This document shows positions 18,117 to 25,731 of a stretch of DNA of 59,515 nt, piece by piece. The notes under the pieces were generated by a model. It had not been told where the DNA came from. It saw only the letters and a list, made by a program, of their open reading frames with translations, and made no database searches. Source of the stretch: Nitrospinota bacterium. GTDB taxonomy: Bacteria; Nitrospinota_A; JADGAW01. A program made the translations under genes and the position numbers. The stretch's first letter is position 1. Each line of letters begins with the position of its first letter. Location of the stretch: positions 1 through 59,515 of the forward strand of contig JADGAW010000001.1 of assembly GCA_015231815.1 (NCBI GenBank), given 5' to 3'.

Positions 18117-20347
18117 AGAACGTTGCGGGTAATTGACTGAATGGAAGCCGTTCCGGTAAGTATCATGACTTTGCGGAGTTCTTCTTTAATGGAGTCGAGG
18201 TAATATTTCACCCCATAAATTCCCCCTCCAATACCGGAAATGGCAATTGGTCTTCCAATGGAAACAAAATCAGCTCCGATGGCAAGACATTTAAAAACAT
18301 CCACGCCTGTTCTTACGCCACCGTCAACCATTATTTTAATGCGACCTTTGCAGAGGTCAACAATGGAAGGCAAAATATCAGCCGCTCCCGGCATATAATC
18401 CATTACCCTGCCCCCGTGATTTGAGACAATAATACAATCGGCTCCCGAATCAATGGCGAGCAATGCATCTTCCTTGGTCATAATGCCCTTTAAAATAAAG
18501 GGAAGGTTGGTTGATTTCCTAATTTCCTGTAAATCCTTGATGGATTTTGGTCCAACCGGCTGCCCCTTAAGCTTCATCGTAATTAATGCTGCAGAATCAA
18601 TATCCACCCCAACGGCAACAGCTCCAATATCCTCAGCATCCTTTATTCTTTTGATAATTTCCTCATTAAACTCACGGGGTTTAAAGATTGGAATTCCAAT
18701 TCCACCAGATTTTTTTATTGCCTTCAAGCCTACTTTATATTTTTCTGGAGAGGCTCCATCTCCTACCATTGCAATTGTTCCTGCTAGCTTACACCCTTCC
18801 ACAACACTTTCCGCAAATTCCTCTTCCTCTACCTGTCCTCCCATATTGGTAACAGTACCCGTCATGGGGGCAGAAATTACCGGAAACTCTAAAGAAATAC
18901 CAAAAAAGTTACTTGAAAGAGTGGGGTTTTTCACGTCATGAATAACCCGCATATTGAGTTTATACTTTGCCAGTGCCTCCAGATTGGATTTAAAGGAAGA
19001 TGCGGTTCCTACTCCGCCCATACCGGGCATTTTACCTGCACATTCATATCCATCGCAGACACTGCAAACTTTACAGGCTGGAAACATCTTCTTTCGTGCT
19101 TCGTTACGAATTTGTTCCAAAGAAAGTTTTGGTGGCTCCCCTATTTCAAACTTAATAAGTTTTTTGGCTTTTTCATAGGTTTTTAAAACTTCATCACGGG
19201 TTTTACCGAAAAGGATGATATTGCCGCTTTTTCCCATGTTATTGGTTGGTGCTTCAACATGACTTCCCGGCTCATGATGAATAAAGATTTCCTTTACCCC
19301 CTTTAATTTTGCTGCTTTATCAACTCCACTTACGGAAATTACCTGTCCCGGTTTTGCAATAATCGCCCCTTCCATCGTTACCCGCTTATGTTCGTGGGTT
19401 ACTTCAGAAGGTTTAAAGCCTAGGGCAATTTCAATTCCCCCTTTAATAACACTGACATCTGTGGATAAGGGAAAAGTATAGGCAGACATAAATCCGCCAC
19501 TGAGACGAGAAGCAAGCTCAATAATAACTGGTCCTTTTTTGGTAAATCGAATATCCCCTTTTGCCGTCCCATGATTAATCCCCAATGCTTTTATACCGTC
19601 AGCCATAACCTTTTTTACTTTTTCAAGCTCCTTTTTGGCTAGGTTTGTCGGCATGATATGACCCGTTTCTACAAAGTAAGGTTCACATTCAATAATTCTA
19701 TCGGCTATTCCCATGAAATGAATATCACCATCATAAACAAGCGCATCAATGCTCAACTCTCTGCCATCAACAAACTCCTCAATAATAATTTCTCCACTAA
19801 TTGAGGCATCCTTTGTTTCGTAAAATGCGTTTATAAGCTGATCTTTATTGGTAATTTTCTTTACGCCCCGTGCTCCCATATTGTCTGATGGCTTAATAAC
19901 CACCGGCAATTCAAATTCATCAATTGCCTCTTTTGCTTCCTGAAGTGTCCAAATCGACCTAAACTCGGGTATTGGAACATTTTTTTTCTTAAACCGTTGG
20001 CGCATTTTTATTTTATTGGTTGCACGTTCTGCAACCTCAAACCGTATTCCTGGAAGTCCAAGGGCATTTGCAACTGCCGCAACCGTTCTTGAAGCATCAG
20101 TTCCAACAGTTATAACACCATCGATTTTGTGATTTCTATTAAATTCCTTAACTTTTAAAATTGTTCCGTCAATATCTCTGGTACTAATAACAAGGGGAAA
20201 ATCAGCCATTTTCATCCCCATCGCCTCCTTGTTGTAATCTGTAACGACAACCTTGAGTCCCATTTCACGGGCAATTTTTATAGCCGGAACCTGCATTAAT
20301 CCAGCTGCAATAACAAGAATGGTTTTTCCCTTGTATGGTGAGTTCAT
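18101..20347 (-). CDS. Fusion protein: N-terminal ATP-grasp carboxylate-amine ligase domain, Cys-rich linker (CxxCxxCxxxxC), C-terminal FMN-dependent alpha-hydroxy-acid dehydrogenase/oxidase-like TIM barrel
   Basis: ATP-grasp: 'ELPVVIKPSDNMGARGV', 'IIIEEFVDGRELSIDA', 'IIELASRLSGG'. Linker: 'CKVCSVCDGYECAGKMPGMGGVG' (aa 425-436). FMN_dh: 'ISAPMTG', 'PFILKGI', 'IIVSNHGGRV', 'VDGGVRTGVDVFKCLAIGADFVSIGRP'. Confidence 0.8.
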   Translation of the reverse strand: MNSPYKGKTILVIAAGLMQVPAIKIAREMGLKVVVTDYNKEAMGMKMADFPLVISTRDIDGTILKVKEFNRNHKIDGVITVGTDASRTVAAVANALGLPGIRFEVAERATNKIKMRQRFKKKNVPIPEFRSIWTLQEAKEAIDEFELPVVIKPSDNMGARGVKKITNKDQLINAFYETKDASISGEIIIEEFVDGRELSIDALVYDGDIHFMGIADRIIECEPYFVETGHIMPTNLAKKELEKVKKVMADGIKALGINHGTAKGDIRFTKKGPVIIELASRLSGGFMSAYTFPLSTDVSVIKGGIEIALGFKPSEVTHEHKRVTMEGAIIAKPGQVISVSGVDKAAKLKGVKEIFIHHEPGSHVEAPTNNMGKSGNIILFGKTRDEVLKTYEKAKKLIKFEIGEPPKLSLEQIRNEARKKMFPACKVCSVCDGYECAGKMPGMGGVGTASSFKSNLEALAKYKLNMRVIHDVKNPTLSSNFFGISLEFPVISAPMTGTVTNMGGQVEEEEFAESVVEGCKLAGTIAMVGDGASPEKYKVGLKAIKKSGGIGIPIFKPREFNEEIIKRIKDAEDIGAVAVGVDIDSAALITMKLKGQPVGPKSIKDLQEIRKSTNLPFILKGIMTKEDALLAIDSGADCIIVSNHGGRVMDYMPGAADILPSIVDLCKGRIKIMVDGGVRTGVDVFKCLAIGADFVSIGRPIAISGIGGGIYGVKYYLDSIKEELRKVMILTGTASIQSITRNVLYREE

Positions 20348-20348
20348 C

Positions 20349-20501
20349 GTTATAAGTAATGAGTTAAAAGTTAAAAGTGAATGGTTAATAGTAAAGAGGG
20401 AAAAGTAAAGAGTTATGAGTGAGGAGGGAATGGTGAATGGTAAATGGTAAAGAGTTATGAGTGAAGAGGAAATGGTGAATGGTAAAGAGGGAAAAGTGAG
20501 T
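20349..20501. repeat. 153-nt tract with no C on the + strand, containing a 42-nt tandem duplication flanked by an exact 16-nt direct repeat
   Basis: No cytosine occurs between 20349 and 20501. 'gtaaagagttatgagtga[g/a]gagg[g/a]aatggtgaatggtaaa' starts at 20405 and again at 20447. 'gtaaagagggaaaagt' occurs at 20391-20406 and 20482-20497. Confidence 0.9.
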
Positions 20502-20520
20502 CATTGGAGTTCAAAACATC

Positions 20521-20670
20521 ACCCATCAATTGTTTCACCCATTTAATCTTCTTCCTATTTACCCATCTACTTTCCAAATTCTACCCTTTGACCATCAACC
20601 CATTAGTTCATCTGCTCCTTCCCCCATCTACCCATTAATTATTTACCCATCGACTCTTTCCACCCCTCTA
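20521..20670. repeat. Array of ACCCAT-type short motifs on a G-poor strand
   Basis: Exact 'acccat' at 20521, 20537, 20561, 20598, 20630 and 20645, with variants 'accctt' at 20583, 'ccccat' at 20622 and 'acccct' at 20662. Spacing is irregular, 15-37 nt. Confidence 0.85.
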
Positions 20671-20675
20671 CAAAT

Positions 20676-20818
20676 TTCTGTTCCTTCTCTTTTTTCTGTA
20701 CCTTCTGTGGCTTATTTACTCTCTGTTCTTTCTCTTTTTCTGTATTATCTGCTTTTTCTGTAACTTACTTCTTCTCTGTTCCTTCTATTTTTCTGTACCA
20801 TCTGTGTTTTCTGTGGCT
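20676..20818. repeat. Three degenerate ~45-nt tandem copies of a pyrimidine-rich CTGT-containing unit
   Basis: Copy A 20676-20712 'ttctgttccttctcttttttctgtaccttctgtggct'. Copy B 20721-20764 'ctctgttctttctctttttctgtattatctgctttttctgtaac'. Copy C 20774-20818 'ctctgttccttctatttttctgtaccatctgtgttttctgtggct'. Confidence 0.85.
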
Positions 20819-20827
20819 CTTTTTTAG

Positions 20828-22492
20828 CTACATTCTTTCAGGAGCAGCAACCCCTAAAAGGTTAAGTCCGTCTTTAAGAACTGCATGAACTGCATGTAAA
20901 AGCAATAAACGGGCAACAGACACCTCTTTTGCTTCTGAAATAACCTTATGATTATAGTAAAACTTATGCAGCTTTGCCGATAATTCAAGAATATAGTAGG
21001 TCAGGAGATGCGGCTCATATTTTTCTGCTGCCTTTTTAATTACATCGGGGTAATAATTGAGTTCTTTAATTAAAGATATTTCCTCTTCCTCCTTTAAAGG
21101 TTCTAAATCCTTTACAGAAAAGTTTTCTGGAATAGTTAATTCATTTTCCTCTGCTTTTACAAAAAGGGAATTGAGTCGAGCAAAAGCGTATTGCGTGTAA
21201 TAAACAGGGTTTTCCTTGCTTTTCGATACCGCAAGATCAAGATCGAAATCAAGGTTACTATCGGCTGAGCGGGTTAGGAAGGTAAACCGCGCTGCATCTT
21301 TTCCTACTTCTTCCATAACATCATTAATCGTAATAAAACTATCGCCTCGCTTTGACATTTTAAGGGCTTCACCACCCTTTTTTAGGTTTACCAGCTTCAC
21401 CAGCGAAATCTTCAGACATTCACGGTCATATCCAACAAGCTCCAGTGCTGCCTTTAACCGATTAATATAGCCATGGTGATCTGCTCCCCAAATATTTACC
21501 AAAAGATCGAACCCCCGCTCCATTTTTTCCTTGTGATACACAATATCCGATGCAAAATAGGTTTTTTCACCATCTGATTTAACAACTACCCGGTCTTTTT
21601 CATCTCCTAAATCGGAGGTATTCATCCATAAAGCCCCCTCTTTTTCATATAAAACACCCGATTCTTTTAATTCATCAAGAGCTCTGTCTAGTTTTCCATC
21701 TTCATATAATGAGAGTTCGCTATACCAGTTATCAAAGGAAATTCCCATTTCTTCGAGGGTATTTTTAATGATGACCAGAATTTTCTCCTTTGCTTTTTCC
21801 CGAAACCAATCAAGATCGTGCTCCTTATATCCTCCATCTTCTTCCAGCAGTTCTTGAGCAATTTCCTTCAAATAATCACCAAGATAACCCCCTTCAGGAC
21901 ATTCATTATTGTCGAAATTACCCTCAACAGCCTGTTTGTAACGCACCATAGTTGTTTTTGCCAGATTTTCCATCTGATTGCCTGCATCATTTATGTAATA
22001 TTCCTTGGTTACATCATGACCGTACGCTTTAAGAAGGTTTGCTATAACATCGCCGACCACTGCTCCCCTGCCATGACCAAAATGCATTGGACCCGTGGGG
22101 TTAGCTGATACAAACTCAACAAGAATTTTTAAGGGTTTATCGGTATGCGTGTATAGGGCTGTAAGATTTTCCTTGTTTTCCACTATTTCAGCTAATATTT
22201 CGTGCCAATAAGTGTCCAACATTTTGATATTAAGAAAGCCCGGGCCTGCTACTTCAACAGATTTAATCAGCGGGTCTGACTGTAATTTTTCTGCAAGAAG
22301 TTCTGCGATTTTTCGAGGAGGTAACCTGAAGTCCTTTGCCCGTACCATTGCGGCGTTGGTGGTAAAATCCCCAAACTCTTCCTTTACCGGAGGAGTTACG
22401 GTATATTCTGTTTCTGACTGAGGAGAAGGAAGTTTTTCTTCCTTAATTAAAGCTTCAAAAGATTCTGCAACAAGTTGTTTTAATTGTGCCAT
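20828..22492 (-). CDS. argS: Arginine--tRNA ligase
   Basis: 554 aa. 'VEFVSANPTGPMHFGHGR' (HIGH region), 'MSKRGDS' (KMSK-like) and the C-terminal DALR anticodon-binding domain ending '...APERM'. Confidence 0.95.
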   Translation of the reverse strand: MAQLKQLVAESFEALIKEEKLPSPQSETEYTVTPPVKEEFGDFTTNAAMVRAKDFRLPPRKIAELLAEKLQSDPLIKSVEVAGPGFLNIKMLDTYWHEILAEIVENKENLTALYTHTDKPLKILVEFVSANPTGPMHFGHGRGAVVGDVIANLLKAYGHDVTKEYYINDAGNQMENLAKTTMVRYKQAVEGNFDNNECPEGGYLGDYLKEIAQELLEEDGGYKEHDLDWFREKAKEKILVIIKNTLEEMGISFDNWYSELSLYEDGKLDRALDELKESGVLYEKEGALWMNTSDLGDEKDRVVVKSDGEKTYFASDIVYHKEKMERGFDLLVNIWGADHHGYINRLKAALELVGYDRECLKISLVKLVNLKKGGEALKMSKRGDSFITINDVMEEVGKDAARFTFLTRSADSNLDFDLDLAVSKSKENPVYYTQYAFARLNSLFVKAEENELTIPENFSVKDLEPLKEEEEISLIKELNYYPDVIKKAAEKYEPHLLTYYILELSAKLHKFYYNHKVISEAKEVSVARLLLLHAVHAVLKDGLNLLGVAAPERM

Positions 22493-22594
22493 TCAGTTTC
22501 ATTTCCTTTTTGAGTTTTTTTAGAGGTGCATTTTATCACCTCTCACATTCTCCTACTTCTGACAACTACTCCTGAAGGTCAAAGATAGAATCTG

Positions 22595-22740
22595 ATGATT
22601 GATGGGACAAACATTGAACTCATTCTCAGAAACGGCTTTGAGACAGCCGTTTCTTCGGAGGTCAACTGAACACCAACTTCAGCTCTTGTTGAAGTCGGTG
22701 TTCAGTTGAAAATCCGCTCAAGGCTTGTCCCATCAATTAT
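22595..22740. other. 146-nt element bounded by a 16-bp inverted repeat and containing two long internal hairpins (candidate structured RNA or MITE-like element)
   Basis: Outer arms atgattgatgggacaa (22595-22610) and ttgtcccatcaattat (22725-22740), 15/16 complementary. Hairpin 1: gaaacggct/agccgtttc (22629-22653), 9/9. Hairpin 2: caactgaacaccaacttca/tgaagtcggtgttcagttg (22663-22708), 18/19. Confidence 0.45.
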
Positions 22741-22862
22741 CTCAAGAGTTAATTGATTTCTATATCTATTCTTTGTTACCTCTGCACCCTTTTCTTACAA
22801 AAAGCAATACAAAAACAAATAAAGGATTATAAAGGCAGGAATATGAATATAAAATAGTAACT

Positions 22863-23408
22863 ATGAAACTAAGCAGAAACTTTTATCTAAAAAACACTCT
22901 CGTTGTTTGTAAGGAACTTCTCGGCAAGGTGTTGGTTTATAACGATATGTCTGGAATAATTTCTGAAGTTGAGGCTTATAGAGGCACAGGGGATGATGCC
23001 TGTCATGCTGCTCGGGGCATGACTCCTCGCAATAAACCGATGTTCGAGGCTGGTGGTTTTTCCTATATTTATTTCATTTACGGCATGTACCATTGTATGA
23101 ACATCTCTACGGAAAAGGAAGGGTTTCCGGCAGCTGTATTACTGAGAGGAATTGTGCCCCTCGAAGGAAAAGAAAAAATGATTATTAACCGGGGCGGGAA
23201 AACCAAGGCAATCAGTAATGGCCCGGGGAAACTATGTCAGGCTCTGGGGCTGGATAAAACATCAAATAATATTGATCTTGTAACGTCAGATTTTTTTTAT
23301 GTAGAGGACAGAGGAATTAAGCCAAAGACAATTCACACATCCCCTCGAATTGGTATTTCTACTGCTCAGGATTTGGAATGGCGTTTTTTCGCCAAAGAAT
23401 TTTTGTAA
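22863..23408 (+). CDS. mpg: DNA-3-methyladenine glycosylase (Mpg/AAG family)
   Basis: 181 aa. 'LLGKVLV...GIISEVEAYRGTGDDACHAARGMTPRNKPMFEAGGFSYIYFIYGMYHCMN' is the AAG-family core. Confidence 0.9.
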   Translation: MKLSRNFYLKNTLVVCKELLGKVLVYNDMSGIISEVEAYRGTGDDACHAARGMTPRNKPMFEAGGFSYIYFIYGMYHCMNISTEKEGFPAAVLLRGIVPLEGKEKMIINRGGKTKAISNGPGKLCQALGLDKTSNNIDLVTSDFFYVEDRGIKPKTIHTSPRIGISTAQDLEWRFFAKEFL

Positions 23409-23435
23409 ATGGGTAGATGAGGAGAAGGGTAAATA
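23408..23435. repeat. C-free intergenic motif copy (aatgggtagatgaggagaagggtaaata)
   Basis: 'atgggtagat' is the exact reverse complement of 'atctacccat' at 20626-20635. 'gggtaaat' also recurs at 33578 and, as a reverse complement, at 20558-20566 and 20643-20650. Confidence 0.65.
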
Positions 23436-23495
23436 TTGTTCAGACAATAAAATGATGGTATAAATACGGGGAACTAATTCAAACTAAGAAAAACA

Positions 23496-24059
23496 ATGAA
23501 AAAAACAATTGAAGAATGTTTTACAAACCATATAAATTTGGCAAAGAGGTGTGCTGAGGAATTTCAAAATGACATCGAATCTATTGCAAACACTATTTTG
23601 GTTGCAATAAAAAACGGCAATAAAATTGTATTTATGGGAAATGGTGGAAGTGCTGCTGATTCTCAACATCTCGCTGCTGAATTTGTTGGAAGATTTAAGC
23701 TGGAAAGAAAGCCACTCCCTGCAATTGCTTTTACTACCGACTCATCAATTCTTACTGCTGTTGGTAACGATTATGGCTATGATCAGCTTTTTCTTCGTCA
23801 AACTGAAGCCCTTGCCGTCAAGGGAGATATAATTATTGGCATTTCAACCAGCGGCAACTCTCAAAATATTGCTCTTGCTTTGGATGAAGGAAATAAAAAG
23901 GGATGTAAAACAATCGCTTTGCTCGGAAAAGATGGTGGGACAATAAAAGATATTGCACAACAATCCATTGTTATACCTTCAAACGATACTGCAAGAATAC
24001 AGGAAATGCATATATTTATTGGTCATACCCTTTGCGAACTGGTTGAAAACAATCTTTAA
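23496..24059 (+). CDS. gmhA: D-sedoheptulose-7-phosphate isomerase (phosphoheptose isomerase, SIS domain)
   Basis: 'FMGNGGSAADSQHLAAEFVGRF', 'ISTSGNSQN' and 'QEMHIFIGHTLCE' match GmhA. Confidence 0.92.
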   Translation: MKKTIEECFTNHINLAKRCAEEFQNDIESIANTILVAIKNGNKIVFMGNGGSAADSQHLAAEFVGRFKLERKPLPAIAFTTDSSILTAVGNDYGYDQLFLRQTEALAVKGDIIIGISTSGNSQNIALALDEGNKKGCKTIALLGKDGGTIKDIAQQSIVIPSNDTARIQEMHIFIGHTLCELVENNL

Positions 24060-24098
24060 CCTTTTCAACTTTCTAACTTTCAAACCTTCTAACCACAT
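24060..24098 (+). repeat. 39-nt G-free leader (ccttttcaactttctaactttcaaaccttctaaccacat) immediately upstream of cinA
   Basis: There is no G between the gmhA stop and the cinA ATG. 'ctttcaactttc..aaacc' recurs in reverse complement at 39611-39627. Confidence 0.75.
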
Positions 24099-25232
24099 AT
24101 GGATATCGTTAAATCCTGCATTCTCTCAATTGGAAACGAACTTCTCAGCGGTCATACCTTAGATACAAACTCTCATGCAGCGGCTAAGATGCTGACAGAA
24201 CTGGGAACTGATGTCTTTAAAATAATGGTCTGTGATGATAACTTCGACAGAATTTACGAGGTTGTTACAAAATGTAAAAGCAGAATTCTTATTGTTTCCG
24301 GTGGACTTGGCGCAACACATGATGACATAACGAACAAGGTTATTAATCAACTGGAAAAGGATTTTCCCTATAAAAAACGCAATTTTTCCAATAAATTAGG
24401 AAGTGCTCCGGGGGTCATTCTTGAAGATGAAAAGCAACTGATTTTTTTCCTGCCGGGGGTTCCCTTTGAATATTTGGAAATGCTTCATGAGGTTCGGAAC
24501 ATTATTATTTCAGAGATAAAGCTTCCCATAAAACTTCGAAAATCCTTTATGACCCTCGGTCAAGGTGAGCTCAAGCTGTGGGAGGAAAGTAAATTAATGC
24601 AAAAAATTCCCTCGGAAATTTCCGTTTCATCCCTTCCAAAATCGCCGGGAGTGGAAATAATTATTTCTACCTATGAATCAGAGGAAAACCAAAAACATTT
24701 TCAAAAGGCTATTGAGTTAATCAGAGAAAACCTTTCAGAATATATTTTTTCAGAGGATGGCGAGGAGCTCATTGAAGTTGTTTCAACGCTATTGAAAAAA
24801 AATAAACAAACGGTTGCCGTGGCGGAGTCATGTACTGGAGGACTACTGGGGAAAATCTTCACAGATGCCTCAGGTTCATCGGGATATTTTCTTGGAGGAA
24901 TTATTTGCTACAGTAACGAAGCTAAGGAGAAGATTGTTGGGGTTAGACAGGAAACACTCGAAAAATATGGTGCAGTGAGCAGGGAAACTGCTGAAGAACT
25001 TGCAATAAAAACCCGCAATCTTTTTAACGCCGACTTTGCCCTTTCAATTACAGGCATTGCCGGTCCCACCGGAGGCTCAGAAGAAAAACCTGTCGGGCTT
25101 GTTTACATTGGCTGTGCTTCAAAATCCGGGACAATAGTAAAAGAATTCAACTTTAAGGTTGACCGAAAAATGAACAGAGTTTTTTCAGCAACCTACGCTC
25201 TCAAGACCCTTCATGAAAGCTTAAAACAATAA
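24099..25232 (+). CDS. cinA: CinA-family protein (MoCF-binding domain plus nicotinamide-nucleotide amidohydrolase PncC domain)
   Basis: N-terminal 'GNELLSGHTLDTNS', 'VSGGLGATHDD'. C-terminal 'VAVAESCTGGLLG', 'SITGIAGPTGG'. Confidence 0.9.
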   Translation: MDIVKSCILSIGNELLSGHTLDTNSHAAAKMLTELGTDVFKIMVCDDNFDRIYEVVTKCKSRILIVSGGLGATHDDITNKVINQLEKDFPYKKRNFSNKLGSAPGVILEDEKQLIFFLPGVPFEYLEMLHEVRNIIISEIKLPIKLRKSFMTLGQGELKLWEESKLMQKIPSEISVSSLPKSPGVEIIISTYESEENQKHFQKAIELIRENLSEYIFSEDGEELIEVVSTLLKKNKQTVAVAESCTGGLLGKIFTDASGSSGYFLGGIICYSNEAKEKIVGVRQETLEKYGAVSRETAEELAIKTRNLFNADFALSITGIAGPTGGSEEKPVGLVYIGCASKSGTIVKEFNFKVDRKMNRVFSATYALKTLHESLKQ

Positions 25233-25290
25233 AGTATGTTCTACTAGAAGAATATTGAACGCTATCTAATGTTTATCTTTGGAGGTTATT

Positions 25291-25653
25291 ATGTTACAGA
25301 TTTTACCGGAATCAAAAGGGGCAGTTCTGATGGTAAAAGCATCGGAACAACTCACTCATAAAGATTATGAAGAAGTATTTATTCCTACCCTCGACAATTT
25401 AATTAATACATATGGCAAAGTAAATGTTCTTCTGCACCTTGATGAAAGCTTTAGTGGCTGGGAACTCGGAGCAATGTGGGACGATGCAAAGTTTGGAGTT
25501 AAGCACATGAAAGACTTCAATAAGATAGGTATGATCGGTGCTGCTCAATGGGTAGAATGGACGACAAAAATTAGTTCCTACTTCATTGATGGTGAAATAC
25601 GCAACTTTAAAGCTTCAGAACTTAATGATGCAATGAACTGGATCAAAGAATAG
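25291..25653 (+). CDS. SpoIIAA-like (STAS_2 / DUF3478-type) protein
   Basis: 'LTHKDYEEVFIPTLDNLINTYGKVNVLLHLDESFSGWELGAMWDDAKFGVKHMKDFNKIGMIGAAQW' fits the family. The ATG at 25291 is preceded by GGAGG (25281-25285). The ORF-track start at 25279 is unlikely. Confidence 0.8.
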   Translation: MLQILPESKGAVLMVKASEQLTHKDYEEVFIPTLDNLINTYGKVNVLLHLDESFSGWELGAMWDDAKFGVKHMKDFNKIGMIGAAQWVEWTTKISSYFIDGEIRNFKASELNDAMNWIKE

Positions 25654-25731
25654 CTCTAGAACAAAGCAATGAGCAAAAAAGTCCTTTATAATATTTTTCT
25701 GATTTAAAAACTTCTTCAGGAACTCTACAGT

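Noticed and set aside
20530-20763. 77-aa ORF (TTG start) 'MFHPFNLLPIYPSTFQ...' inside the repeat tract
   Set aside because: Its sequence simply translates the acccat and ctgt repeats (IYPST and SVPS repeats). It has no ATG or SD and is low-complexity. It is treated as non-coding.
20348-20827. Possible CRISPR array
   Set aside because: The repeats are degenerate, of three different kinds, partly tandem without spacers, and irregularly spaced (15-45 nt). No cas genes are in the window.
22493-22800. T-box or other known riboswitch leader for argS
   Set aside because: On the - strand I find no T-box consensus (…GGUGGUACCGCG…) and no terminator with a U-tract. The hairpin at 22522-22543 is followed by A7, not U. 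By-eye comparison with other riboswitch consensus sequences also failed. The element is reported as unclassified instead.
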